DNA of 64,000 bases, from the NCBI RefSeq assembly GCF_009914755.1, contig NC_060927.1, one strand, 5' to 3'. Below the pieces are notes generated by a model. That model worked only from the letters and a program-made list of their open reading frames with translations. It ran no database searches and was not told the origin of the DNA. A program made the position numbers and the translations under genes. Positions 46,281 to 61,029 of this stretch are shown here, in pieces; position 1 is the stretch's first letter, and each line of letters starts with the position of its first letter. The DNA comes from the human T2T-CHM13v2.0 reference genome, Homo sapiens.

Positions 46281-48427
46281 CAGAGCTCATGAAATGAGTT
46301 TACACCTTGAAAGCTGCAGGAAGAGCTGATGAGGCAAAGGGGAGGAGCTGCTTGGCCTTTCTTTTTATAGCCATCATTGCTGCAGTGACTGTTTAACAGC
46401 TCTTGATCCTTGGTCTGTTCCTTGATTTATTGGTGAGCTGCCAGGTTCGGCTCAACTCACAACTGCCTCACTCAGCACAGAGAACAAGGTTCCGCTGTGC
46501 CACCTGGTGTCCTGACTTCCCATCACCACAGATGAGCTTTGGTCTCAGAACAAACTGAAAGCTCAGAGGGAAACACCAAACCCTATAAGCTCCCCACTCC
46601 AGCAAATGGATATGTTCTCAAGGATTCTTTGAGATCTAAATCTTCAGGTAAGGATAGCTTCATATCCTTACTTACTAAAGCAAACTTTTATTACAGCACT
46701 GGGTTCAATGCCTCTCAATGCCTCACTCTTCCCTACAAAAAGCGAACACATGCTGATGAAAAAAAAATCTCAGGTCCTTTTCTTAGGGCAAATCCATGAA
46801 TCTCTTGAGCAGTTTCAACAGACTGATTGATGTGATGGTCACTTTTTGTCACAAGATACTTCTGCAAAATAGGAAAATTTTCCAGCTTGCTCTGGAGAGG
46901 GGTACATTGTTTGGCAATTTCAATTAGCTTTATTCCCAAACTGCTTAATTGCAACAGAGGCCATGCCTGGTACCATATCAAGCTTTACTCCAATATCTTA
47001 AATTTAAGAAATCATATAAGCCTTAGAAAACACAGGTCATGGTTAACAACAGCAAGGCGATCGGGCTTCAAGTCCTGCCGCACTGCATTATTCAAAGTGT
47101 CTGCAAGTCAGACCTAAAGAAGTCATTTACTGAGGGGTCAGGTTTTCCAAAGAGCATGGACATACAGTGAGCAGCCCCATTCATCTCCCATGGAGATATT
47201 AAATGTCTTCAAAATCCTCTTGCTGAAAGAGTATCTGAACTGGTCTAAGTGATTATGTGACTTAGAGGGAAAAAAGCTGTTTCCTTGACTATGTCAATTT
47301 CTAATGAATTGCTGCCCCATATAGCTATGAAGGGCAGGAGACGCTTGGGCTTTGTTCAGCTATTAGATTTCAGGTTTCGGTGAGGCAGTGCTCACTGTAC
47401 CAATTGGATTTGCTTAAAGGCTGAGTACAGGAATCAGTTTCACCCACATACACCCCAACCCACACACTATCCCAGTTAGGACAAGCCTCAATTAGAAGTA
47501 ACTTTTATAGGTCCAGTACATTGGAGATGCAGGAAAATGCAAGAACTGTGAGGCCGTTTAATGAAATATTTTAGTTGGGAACAAGATGTGTAACAAAGCA
47601 TTGCATTTATGGCAGGGAAGAGTAAGTACAATGGAAACGAAATACATGCTGACCCAGTAAGCACTCAAGTCAACAACTTTCTCACTGTGGAAAATAAATG
47701 CCAAGATCCTTTTGCTTTCTCTCTTGTCTGATTCTGGCTATTTCCTACTGTTTATTTATTTCTTGGTAAATGAAGCTCTAATCAGGCTTTGAGTCAATGC
47801 AGATGGTGATCTTAATGCAAGCAAACACAACTTGAAAGGAATTTTTGAAAGCTGTCATAAAGTTTCTGAGACTGCTTTTTACATACAAGAAACCAGCTAT
47901 GGATATTTTGGGGTGCCCTCGAGCACACTAAAGGTGCTCGGTTCACCCCATTTTTGTCTTGCTTTTGGATTTCACTTCTCTGGGTTACCCCGATAACTTA
48001 TATAGGACAAAAGAGTTTCATAAAAGGGCGTGACTAATAGATGTTATAGATGTTGCGTTACATAAGAGTGACGAATATAACCCCGGCCTTGAATCCGAAC
48101 GCTTTCTTCCTGAATGAAGATCTAGGGGAAGCAATGATCAAAGAAAGAGGGGAGCTCCCATTTGCTCTTCCCGAGGTTTGGATGCCAGAGCCCCACTCAC
48201 ACATTACTTCGGCAGCTCTGCTTTCGTATCCTGTTCTATTCTCAACCTCCTGTGGGCCTTTCCCTAGAGCAGTGATTCCTGGATTTTACATTTCATAAGC
48301 CAGCAGATTTTGAAAACATAGAACTGAGCAATTGATCCTAAGTTGCCAATTCTTTCTTTTGTGAACTAAGAACATTAAAAAGGAGGAGATAAATGATAAC
48401 AACCTTTTCATAAGAAAAAAAAGAGGC

Positions 48428-48781
<354 letters not shown>

Positions 48782-50825
48782 CTACTACTCCATCCTGGTT
48801 TTTCTCATTATTGTTTACTGAAGGAACGTGCTGTCACAGACCAAAAGGAACACATCTCCTACCACCTTTCCTTCCAGGCTCTTCCTTTTCACCTTCCCTA
48901 ACCTTTTCTCTACTCCAGACAACTAAGTCAAAGGTACTGAAAACAGGAGGTCTGCTTCAGCCTCTCCTCCACCTCTTTTCTCTTAAGCTCCATTCAATAT
49001 GACAGAGCAAGGGGCCAGAAAATAAGAAACTCTTCATCAGAACAGGGCAGCGCTGAAGGTGTAACAGGCCCTCTTCTTATTCCATCGTCATGACAGTGCT
49101 GAGAAGGGTGCAGTCCTACCCATACTTCAGATGATAATCTGGAGGCTCATGGACACAGCCCAGGGCTGGCTCAGGCTGCACTGCTGGGTGACAGCAGAGA
49201 TCACGCTGGAGACCCTCACAGCTGACTACACTGCCACTCCGTTACTGAGGAGATGCAGAGGCAACACTAAGAAGAAGTGGGGAATTCTCCAATAAAATTT
49301 CTTCAATCCATATTCAACAAAAAATAACCCAGAAGTGGATTTCATTTGTACCTAAACAAACAGAACACAGAGTTTCTAAGAAGCAAAACCAAATGGGTGT
49401 TGAAGGGGTTAAAGCAGTGGTTCTCAAGCACATCTAATTTTGCTCTTTAAAGGACATTTGGCCCTGTCTGAAGACATTATTGGTTGTTAAAACTGGGGAG
49501 ACGGGGGTGCTACCGGCAGCTAGTGCTAGGTTATAAAACAGCCTTCTCTTCCTCCTTTAGTTACCAAAGTCTACGTGAAAGTTGATTTGCAGATGCAGAC
49601 AAACTATATAAACATAGAATCCCATTAATTCATGGGCAGTGCTGTTATTTTTTCAATGCAATCATCTGCCATTTTGGTAAGTGGTCTCTATGGCAAAAGT
49701 AACTACACAGAATGCAAGCCATTTTTAAATTTAGAAAAAACAAAAATACCTAAGAGCGTGTAGACCTAATTCCAACTATTTCCAAGCGATTTTTGAAAAC
49801 AAATTCATGTTTATGTAACTAAAAGAAAGCTTTTTAAAACATAGCTTTTACACAGGTTCATCATGCCAAGACCCCTTTTGCATACCGATTGCAAAAATAA
49901 AAGCCTAATTAAAAACTCAGGTTGCTGAATGAGTGGAGTCAACAGCCAATGCTAGGGAAAGAAAGGGATTCCCTCCATCACAAAGTCATAGCTGGTCCAT
50001 GTTGCAGCTTCATAGTTATTATGACTGCTATTCTATGACACAGTGGAAAAGGACCTTTAAACAACCTTGCAACAAATACAAAGATCACAAAAAGGGTCTA
50101 TTAGAATTTTTCATGGCAAAGGTAATACACCAAATGAGATTTCTAGAAAAAGCATTAGGCATGAGACAATGGGGAAGCTGTGATTAACCACACTGTATTT
50201 TTGATGTTTCCTTCACGGCACTCCTCTATAATGAGAGAATAGCACGGTGCTAAAGTTTGTTGAATGAATGAATGAATGAATGACACTTATTGCATATGGT
50301 GAGGAACCAAAAATGTTGAGAACATTAGAAATGCAAAAAGGAACACTATTAACAAGAGTCTGAAATAAGCCCAGGTAACAACTTGGCAAACAATAAAGGG
50401 CATTTTCCACGTTGCCAGTGGAATCATATTACTCCTAAGGGCTCCAGGCTATTTTTGAAGACATTAAGATTCTACCTGCAAGATGTTTGAACCAAAAAGG
50501 ATTATGTTCACAAATAGGGGACATGATTAATATTTAAGCAGAAATACAAACAAAGGAAATACCAGGTAAGGTAGAAGTTTTAACTTTACAGGTGACACTG
50601 CAAAGACAGACTCAGTAAGCACCATGGCAAATACTTCCCTCCAGATGGTGGTAAAGAACGTGTGATTTCATTTGAGGGAAATGAAGGAAGGTGGGAACAT
50701 TTTACACATGGTAAACTCTGTCTCAGATAACGGTTTCGAAAATGCTCAGAACTGAAAAATGCTTCCGATAGAAGTAGGATGATATCTCTTGCAATAAAGA
50801 GAAGTTCAACAAAGTGAGGCTGCAA

Positions 50826-51013
50826 GCACACACTGGGGCCTGTCGGAGGGCGGCAGGGGTAGTGACAGCATCAGGAAGAATAGCTAATGAATGCTAGGCT
50901 TAATACTTAGGTGATGGGATGATCTGCAGCAAACCACCATGGCACACATTTACCTATGGAACAAATCTGCACATCCTGCACATGTACCCCTGAACTTAAA
51001 GTTGGGAAAAAAA
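50826..51013 (+). mobile_element. L1PA (older primate L1) 3'-end fragment
   Basis: gcaaaccaccatggcacacatttacctatg...cacatcctgcacatgtacccctgaacttaaa followed by an A tail. Confidence 0.9.
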
Positions 51014-51599
51014 GACTGATATAATGGAGGATGCTAATCATAATAATATTCCTCATAGCAAAGACTTTTCAAATGGGAAACATTATCCAAAGTTGCTGAC
51101 AACTAATCAACTAATTTTCACATGGAACCAAAGTAAGGGTAGGAAACAAACTCCAAAGTTAAGGGGGGAAATGTCTGATGATATATGGTTTCTTTTTTTT
51201 TTTTTAAAGCATAAATTAAACCAAAAAGAAAAGAAAAGTTGCCAGTTACTGGGATTTTGAGATGATGGTGAAAAGAAAGTCCTAGGAAATGGATCCACAA
51301 CAGGCCTGCACATTCATGTATGATATCCTTGCCTTTCTTGACGTTTTTGTGTATGCTGTCTTTGGGTCTCAAACTCAGGTGATTTGTGGGCCACAGGCAC
51401 ACAATGGGCAAGAGTAAGGACAGATGTAAGAAACAGCAGGCCAGGGGGAAGCTGGAATTGTTGGCTCCAGCTAAATGCATTCAGATCTGAAAATATTTTT
51501 TTTAAGACTGATTAAAAAATACATGATGAGTCATGTCAAATACTGCCCATGGACCAGTTGGTAACTTTAAATCCTTCCTATATTTCAAAGCACTGCTTT

Positions 51600-51830
51600 A
51601 GTCCAGCTGTTCTTAGCAGAGGGCGATTTTGCCCCTTAGGGGACATCTGTCATTGTCTGGAGATGTTTTTGACTGTCACCGTTGGAGAAAGGGGGCAGGT
51701 ATGTGACAGGTACCTACTCAGTAGAGACCAGGGATGCTGTTAAACATCCTACAATGCACAGGAGGAGTTCCCGCAACAGATAACTGTCTGGCCCAAAATG
51801 ACAAACTGTGGAGGCTGGGGCACTCTGCTC
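51600..51830. mobile_element. MER20 hAT element
   Basis: gggcgattttgcccc...gtagagaccagggatgctgttaaacatcctacaatgcacagga...ctggcccaaaatg. Confidence 0.8.
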
Positions 51831-52894
51831 CAGTTCCAGCAGACTGTTGTCCATCCTCCGTACCCCACCATTCACCTATTATCCAAATATGTATGGCACA
51901 GACTCAGACTACATATTACTGACGGTAAAGCTCACTTGTTAGTCTTGCCTCCCTAACTAGATTGTGAGTACTATTTTCTCCTTATTTCAGAACTGTGCAC
52001 AAACAATATCCTCAGTCCTTCATGAAGAACAAGAATGGGTCAAATGGAAAGAGGCTTGTGGCTATTACTACTAGGACTATGAAATTAAATAGGAAAGCCT
52101 CAAATAAATAGAAATTTCAATAGTTTGCTTTTAGAGGGAAAAAGAATGATCAAATCTAGTTCCATCTTCTGCACAGTTTACACAGACTAACCCCAAGGCC
52201 TACCCCTTCTCACCTATGTTGCATCCCATCTTCTTCCCCTTCTTAAATACTTCACTCCTGCAGAGAGGGAGTGCAATGAATCCTCCTTTCTCCTCCAATC
52301 ATTACTTTCTTCCTGTCTTTTGAGTCATCCCTATCCATACACAAGAACGCTGTGGTATCTCTCATCTTCAAAACAAAACAAAGCCCTCTCCTTTGACTCC
52401 ACACCCGTCTCCAGGACTTGTTCCACTGCACAGCAGATCTTCTCGAACAGCTTACCCCAATCCCTATCCCACCTCCTCCCCTCTCCAGCCTCTCCAGCCC
52501 GACTGCATTAGTAGCCACACTTCATGGGTCCTGCCCTCAGGGGACGTTATGCCACAGGCAGTGTTTTCACCCCTGCAGGCCTCCACCTCTTGACCCATGA
52601 GTGCTGCTACAATGGCCTTGTGACACTGTCTTCTCTTGGGTTCTGTGATAAAACGCTTTCCTGTTCTTTCTTCTATCTGCGCTGGCGGCTCCATCTTTAC
52701 TGGGGCCTCCTGCTCAGTCTGACCCTTGAATGGTGATGTGCCTCAGGGTTCTGTCTTGCACTTTTTCTCCCTCCTTCCTGCTCTTTCCCTCAGTAATCTC
52801 ATTCAGCCCCATGGCTCTAAATAACCTCTGATTCTATCTTTTACAAACTTATGTGACTATGTTCCACAATGGGAAATACATTTTATAACACATT

Positions 52895-52896
<2 letters not shown>

Positions 52897-52942
<46 letters not shown>
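52897..52942. repeat. (CA)n microsatellite
   Basis: Read directly from the sequence. Confidence 0.95.
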
Positions 52943-52943
<1 letters not shown>

Positions 52944-53449
52944 GTGTATGAATGTGTTACAAATTGTATTTCCCATTTTATGAAATGTGTGTGTGTGTGT
53001 GTATGCATGTATGCATGCGTGGGTATACACACACAGTAAATATTTCATAAAAAAGGACTTATCTTCAGTGAGTGTGATACACTCTAATGTTTTCTGTTTC
53101 GCTTCCAAGAAAAACACTGGGTGTAGCCCAATACATTGATTTCACAGCCCAGTAATAGGTCACAGCCCACAGTTTATAGAATACTCATTGAGACAATAAT
53201 GGCTCATAAATGCGTATTTTTCCTGACCTAACCTCACAACCACCAAACCCCAGATTCCAGACAACTGCCTACATTTCTGTTTCATTTGGATGTCAAATGG
53301 GCTTTCACAATTAACAAGTGTGAGAAGAAACCCTTGATTTTACAGCTCAAGTCCTACCTGTTTCTACCCTAGGATCCACATCTCAGCAAAGATTCCTCCC
53401 AGGTCAAAAATTCTGGGGTCATTTTGGCTCCCTCCCTTTTCCTTTCCTT

Positions 53450-53635
53450 CAGTTGGGGTCAGCAAATACAGCCCATGGGACACATACAGTTTTCTTGGAA
53501 CACAACCAACCCGTTCCTTTACATATCGCCTGCTACAAGGGCAGAGTAGAGTAGTGGGGACAGAGACTGTAGGGCCCACAAAGCCTAACATGTCTACCCT
53601 TTGTCTCTTTATAGAAAAAGTGTGTCCCCCCACTT
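53450..53635. mobile_element. MER58A-like hAT element
   Basis: ggggtcagcaaatacagccc...gacagagactgtagggcccacaaagcctaa...tttatagaaaaagt. Confidence 0.75.
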
Positions 53636-55779
53636 TACAGTCAACCTATGGAGTCCTGCTGACTATTCTTTAGGTGTCCCAAGTCCCCCACTGCCGTGAT
53701 CCTCTGTCTGCCCTACAGTCCAAGTTGCTAACACTCTTGCTTGAACTACTGCAAAAGCCCTCACAGGTCTCCCCTTCCCCTCCTGTTCCCCTAAAATACA
53801 TTCTTCATATATATGCCACAGGGACTATCTGAACACGTTACTGAGAGCCTGTCCCTTCACCGTGTGAATCTGGACCTCACACTGCAAATGGAATTCGAAC
53901 TCCAGGTCCTGGCCTCCAGTCTCTGACTTCAGCCATCCCCATCCCCTGCTCCCCTTTCTCCAGGCACACAGGTCTCTGTTCCAATTCTTTCTTAGGGTCT
54001 TTGCACTAACTGTCCCTTCCTGCTGGAATACCGTTTCCTTCTCCGTGGTCACTCAAGTTTCACCTCTAATCTACAAGAGCCCCCTCACTGCCAGGCCTGC
54101 CACACCTGTTCACTTTGCCTGCTCTGATTTGCTTCACAGCACTTTTCTTTGGCTGGCATGATTTTGTTCATTTGTTTATTTTTGCCCTTTCTCCCCTTCC
54201 CCTAGAATAAATGCCTCATGAAATCAGGAGCCTGTTTGTTTCATTTGCAGATGACGCTGCTCTATTCCCAGTGCCCAGACGATGACAGGCACGTGATGTT
54301 AATGAATTTGTCCCCCAAAAAGAGACAACAAAGCAACTTCTTTATATTCAAATTCCACACTTAAATAAAAGCACAGAATAATAATTCTACAGCCTGCCAG
54401 CCAAGGGAATGAAATTCTACCACTCTTCCAGAAAGGGGAAGGGATGACACCACACCTTAATGAGAACTATAAATCACACACGAACACATTTGTAATAAAT
54501 AATGCATATAAGTAAGTAACTCAATGCATTAAGTTTACCTTCAAGGAGAATGAGACATTGCTTTGTAGAACAAAAGTAAAAGTTTTAGGTGTGCCAACCA
54601 CTTTGCATTGTGAATATAACAGAAATAAAACTCAAATCATCCAATAAAGTCTGAGTTGCATACAAATGTTAAATAAGTAAAGCTTGCTTAAGTTTAAAAA
54701 CCATGAGATCAAAAATCCGTAAAGAAACCAGAATTCCTTAAGATGTGAAAGTGAGGAATAATTTTTAAGCATTATATAATGAAAGACAGAATCAAAATAG
54801 AAACATTTTTATATTTATCTCATCTCTTGCTGTAAGTCATCTCAAATATAAATGTGACCTGTCACTCTACAAAGAATTCTCAAATAAAATCCCTGATAAC
54901 TTTAAACCATGGCAATAAATCAAAATAGCAACTTAAAACTGCATTATGAATAAAGGCCAGAAGGCTCCTTTAATACCAAATTGGAATGCCATCCTGTTTA
55001 GCATGGTGGAAGTGCTAGAAAATTTGCTAATTTTAACTTGAACAACTTTTAACAGCTAGAAGATGTTAGGCAGCACGTTGGATGTGACAAGAGGACTCAA
55101 CTTACAAAATTATTAGAAAATACAAGCACCACAGATAGTGGTGAGTGAGGTCAATGAGTTTGAGATACTGAATCAATGAATCAGATAAATACACCAAGGA
55201 GACTTCAAAGTCTCCCCTTTAAAACAGACTTCTGACAAATTGTAACTTGCTGATAGCTCATATGGCAGATTATACATATTTGATATATAAAAATTTTAGT
55301 TGAGTTTTTCTCGTGTTTTGAGGTTTCTTCCATTTTTTAGATTAAAGGTACTTTAATGAAATAATTTAATTTAAGCTCCTTAAATAACATCAGTCTAGTA
55401 TAAAAGCTGAGATGCTTCCCAGCCAGGTGGAGGTCCTGTAACCCGCTTATAAACTTGATGACACCATGCCAGGATTGAGAAAGTGGAGATTGCCCCCAAG
55501 CACTTATACTTTACAAGTCTTAAATCCTCTGAGTGTGAATTCCTTGCATCCCCTAACATCCAGTTAACACATATAAAGAACTCAGAGCAGTTACTAAACA
55601 TGGAAATGATGTAATAAACAGGACCTATGTTTATCACTCTCTGCATAAAAATAAATCCATTAACTATGCACGTGCCTTCAATTTCATATTTTTCTTCTAT
55701 TCAAATGTATAAAAACAAAAGAAAGGGTAAAATAAAGGATATCCAGCTTCTCACTTCTGAGGGTGCAATAATTAAAATC

Positions 55780-55960
55780 TCTAGAACTGTGCTGTGTAAC
55801 AGTACTTCCTGCAATGGTGGAAATGTTCTCTGTCTACACTGTCCTATATCGTAGCCACTCGCCACATGTGGCTATGGAGCTCTTGAAGTGTGGACAGATG
55901 GACTGAGAAACTGAAATTTAAATCTTACATAATTCTAATCATGAGATAGTGGCTACTTGA
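55780..55960. mobile_element. MER3-like hAT element
   Basis: gtgctgtgtaacagtacttcctgcaatggtggaaatgttct...gtagccactcgccacatgtggcta. Confidence 0.75.
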
Positions 55961-57060
55961 CAAGATGCTGGAGAACAGGCTTTGGAACCAACATGATTCA
56001 CTGACATGAAGCTCCCACATCTTGGCCTATGGACACAATGAACAATGCATCTACTAGCTGTTTAGGGCAGCCTGTGAACAGAGCACACAGCTATTGCAAA
56101 CAAACAGACCCGGGTTCAGAGTCAGGATCTGTCACTTTTTAGCTGTGTGACTGGGGGGTGGTCAGTCTATTATAATGCTCACAACCTCAGAAAGTTCTCT
56201 CAGGATTAGCACTTATGAAATCAAAGGGTCCTGCATTAACTCATCTTTTCATTCAACGCAGATGATTTTCTGAATACCTATAATGGACTAGGTACCATTT
56301 TAGGCAGCAGGGATAAAGTAGTGATTGCAACCAAGTCCCTTATCTGAGGGGGATCACAGGTAGGTATAGTACATAAGAAAGATCACGAGAACAGACAGTG
56401 ATCGTGGGAGATGCTGCTTGATTTATGAGGAATGGTCACGGCAGACTCCTCAGATGAAAGGGGATGAAATAACCTCCGAGCCGAGGCCTGAAAGATGTGA
56501 GTGAGGAGGTCCTGTGGCTACCTGGGAGAAGAAAAATACAGACAGAAGGAGATGTAAGTGCTAGGGCCCTGACACAGGACTTTGGAGTTCACGCTTAATG
56601 ATGGGAAGCTATTCTGACATGAGGAACTGCCTTGATCTGATGTACTTTAAAGCACTGTAGCTGGAGGGCAGACTGGAGGAAGCACTGAGACCTGTTGCGA
56701 GGCCACTGCAAGGCCAGGTGCCCTACAATGGGTGGTAAAGGCCAGGGATGGGGTGAGATGTAAACCAAGTTTGAGTACACTGAGAAGGGAGAACTGGCAG
56801 TATTTGCTGATGGGAACATATAGGACCCCAACATTATTAAGATATCACTCTATACACAACCTGAATTCCCCTTTCTGGGGCCCTACAGCTCAATCTGAGA
56901 CATTGTGGCAGTCAAGCACTTAAGCAGTACAATGTACAATTCATTCTCTGGTCCAAGACCAGAGGGCAAAGAGGAGAAGTGCCTGATCACTTGGGTTTAA
57001 CTCTCTGTGCATGGCTTACCGTGGTTCTAATTATGATGGTTTTGTATCATTTCAGAAAAA

Positions 57061-57075
57061 CACACGTGCGTGCAC

Positions 57076-57108
<33 letters not shown>
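57061..57108. repeat. Imperfect (CA)n microsatellite
   Basis: Read directly from the sequence. Confidence 0.9.
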
Positions 57109-57111
<3 letters not shown>

Positions 57112-57339
57112 AAGAGCTAATGCTAATGATGCACTTAGCTAACGAGATTAGATACTGCTTTCTCTGTTTGGATCAATGACGATTTAATGAACTAAATATC
57201 ATCAGTAAATTTTGATGAGAATTAAGAGGCATTACTTTGCCCACAGACTTCAGGCTTTACTCATTTCTTTATGCATAAGATATAGTCTTCAATAATTATG
57301 GTACTGGAGCAATTTCTTGCCTGTAAGGCAGGAGGCTTT

Positions 57340-57560
57340 TGGGCAGAGTGTTTAAGCACTGTCTGGAGCCAGTCTTCCTAGGTTCCAATCCTAGCTTTGC
57401 CACTAACCAGCTAATTTGGGTAAACCACAGAAACTCCCTGGGCCTCAGCTTCCTCTTCTCCAAAATGGAGCTAAGATTGTATTTACTTCAGAGGACTCTT
57501 ATGAATTATGATATGTAAAATGTCTAGAAGCATGCCTGGCACACTGTAGAAGCATTTATT
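57340..57560. mobile_element. MIR SINE remnant
   Basis: ctggagccag...ggttccaatcctagctttgccactaacc...gcctcagcttcctcttctccaaaatgg...tgcctggcacac. Confidence 0.75.
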
Positions 57561-58582
57561 GTTTTCATTCCAAATCTTATGCAGGTTTTCCCAACTAAAA
57601 CAGAATTTTCTCCTTTGCTTTATACTAATTTATACCAAATTAAGCTGTGGGAAAACAAAAACAACTCCTTCTTGTATTTTGTCCTAGCATAGAAGCTAAC
57701 AATCGCTGCCTTCATTTCACAAGGATCCAACCCATCATCACATTGCAAATTGGTGGCAGTTTCAATGTGGTTGCAACAATGAAGTCTTGAAAGGTTTTAT
57801 TTACCTTCTTGGGCATGTGTGTGTGCATGAATGTATGTATGTGTATTGCATGTATCATGGTAACACAGCTTGAACATAGTAAGTACTCAGGAAATGACAG
57901 TAGTGACATTATCATTACCATCACCACCACCATTTTCTTATCTAAGTTTTGCCTTTTAACTCTCATTATCATTTTTCTAGAGTTACAAAGTGTGCTTATA
58001 AAGCTAGAGGATTAATCTTCCATTGTGACAGGTGGATCAAGTTTAATTTATTCAGCTATGACTTACTGAGACCTTATCACTTGCCAGGTTCCCCAGGAAG
58101 TGCCAGAGACACAAGAGTAAGAGTCAAACACATTACTGCTCTCTAGGAATTTTAACATTTCATGAATGTATAATCAGACCCTGAAATTATTTAGCGGCCT
58201 GACCAAAGTATTCAGTATATGGTCTGTGCAAACTAGAAAGGACAATTTCACTTCCATTACTGTTGTGATCAGCAAAAGCCAGTGGGAGATGGCACTCTAA
58301 ATGAGCATCTCCAATAGCAAGTCCCCTTTCTATTCTCCTTGGAAGTAGAAAAATGTAGAATGTGGGAGCTGAAATGGACCTTAGGGAAGACTGAAAAGTC
58401 TGTCACTTACAAAACAGACTTTAAAAGATGAACATTACTCAGAAACGAAAATATTAAAATAAGCTTTATAAACTTATTTTCATCCAACTTATAGGTCAAA
58501 GAATCAAAACTAGAAGGGACCGTAGAGGCAGAAGCCTAACATTTTTTGCAACTCTGGTTGTATATCAGAATCACCAGTGGTA

Positions 58583-58800
58583 CCTGGGCAACACAGTGAG
58601 ACCCTGTCTCTACAAAACAATTTTTTAAAAGAGATTAGCCTCACAAGATGGCACATGCCTGTGGTCCTAGCTATTCAGGAGGCTAAGGCAGGAGGTTCAC
58701 TTAAGCCCAGGAGTTTGAGGTTGTGATGGGCCATGATCATGCACTCCAGCCTGGGCAAAAGAGCAGGACCCTGTATCAAGAGAAGAAGAAAAAAAAAACC
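58583..58800 (+). mobile_element. 5'-truncated AluJ
   Basis: Starts at cctgggcaacacagtgagaccc; right arm and tail present. Confidence 0.85.
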
Positions 58801-60725
58801 TACCAGTAGAACTTCTAAAAAAAAAAAAACAAAAAAACACACATGCCTAAACATCATACAATCTGTATGGCCCAGCTAGAACTTTTCATAAAAAATAAAA
58901 TATTAATGCTTCCCCACCCAATTGCCACTATTGCTTTATCATGTGATGACTACTACGTCAGGAATTGGCACAAATGCTACCTTATTTAATCTATGTACAT
59001 CATGCCCATTTTTTTCAGAAGCCTAACTAAGCTCAGAGAAGGCAAGTGACTTGCCTAAAGTCACAATGCAAGTAGAGCAGAAGCCAGGATTTAAACTTGC
59101 ATCCTCTGTCTCCAGAGTCCTGTGGTCTTTCCTCTATACAACAATAAGGTCATCCCTTGCATAAAATTTGAGCCAGAATGGAGTGCCTGAAAGATTCTCT
59201 AGCTCAAAACATTCATCTTTTAGATTAAAAAAATAAGTGTCAGGGTAGAAGTAGTACCCTTCTGAAGCATATGCAGAAGCTTACGGGCAGAGTTTGTACT
59301 CAAGGTCAGCTCCTGGTATCCCAAGTTCAGTTTTCTTTTTAATACATGCCTTCTCTCAAAAGTAAAACATAGGATCTTCACTTGCATACAGTGCTGCCAA
59401 ATCTTTTCTTGAAACGGAGTGTTGTGACTCAACATGAAATTACATTTTAAAGAGTGTCACACCTACTGATAGGTGTGAATTTGCCGAATATCCAAAATAT
59501 TTGACACAGAGGGGCACAGGTAGTTACGCTATCTATATGAGCCTTTTTTAAAAAAAGTAAAAAATCCTTATGGGACAAGTTCGATAGCTTTTACAAATTA
59601 AAAATAAAAATCCACAAACTAGTTTGATTTTCCAAACACTTCAAAGAAGTCTCTAGATGCACACTGATGTCAGGTGACAGGATTTCTGAATGCAGATGCT
59701 ATGTTCAAAATAGAAGGGTAAAAAGCACTTTCCTGGCTGGACAGCAGAGGGAGAAGGAGTAAGGACACACAATTGGAAGAGGGGAGCCAGACACAGAGAA
59801 GAACTGCCCTTTAAAAACCTGAGTGATCGACTGGCAAGCAGGGAGATGTTGATGAAGAGGAGATTTGTAAGCAAATCAGGACTGGTCCCGGCTACTTGGG
59901 AGTATGGATGAACACTGCACAGCAGCTCTAAGCCTGACTCAGGAAACTGTCTGACCCTGGACATTTACAAATGATATTTCAACCTTCAGCTCGATTTCCA
60001 GATGAGGGAAGGGGGATGGACTAAAACTACTAAAAATGAAATGTATTAGATCTTGACAAGAACAAATGTCAAAAACGAGCTCTAGAGATGAGGAATTAAA
60101 ATGGGTGCTACAAACATAGCAGCCAGTTCTGTCCCAAAGTAAAAATGGCCCGTTCTTTAAAGCATAGAAAGCCACAACCTCACGACAGGAATTCCTGAGA
60201 CTCATGGAACAGTGTAGATGAGTTTATCAGTCATCTTACTAGCAGTTACAAAATAAACTAGATTCATTAGAAAGAATCGGTAAAGTGGGCATTTACTTTC
60301 TCATTCAACCTAGCTGTTGTCTTGAAGCACCTTCATCAAGCCTTCTCATTACATCCCCACTATACAGAAGAGATGATTAAATGTCAGCCCTGATTCAAGC
60401 AACTAATGTATGGCAGAAACAGATATATTTATATGCCTTCCAGAAAGATTAATAGTATCTAGTGCTAGCCTGCCAACTGCAGATGTACAAACTTTCTATC
60501 CTATACATAAATCATACACAAGACATATGGTGTATTTTAAAGACTGCTGATGTCACAGTGATTTTAAATTACTCATGTTCTGAAATAAACCATGTAGATG
60601 TTGATGAATATGGCAATATATTCCGGATTTTTCATATAAATGTTATAAAATGTAACACCATTAATGAGAAGATGGCATTGGGAATTAAGAAGAGAGAATG
60701 CAAACATATTTAAAATCAAGGAGTA

Positions 60726-61029
<304 letters not shown>

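Larger units (their letters stand above)
52240..54310. mobile_element. Fragmented L2 LINE carrying nested hAT elements
   Basis: L2-like text on both sides of the inserts at about 52830-53185 and 53450-53635; approximate limits. Confidence 0.6.
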
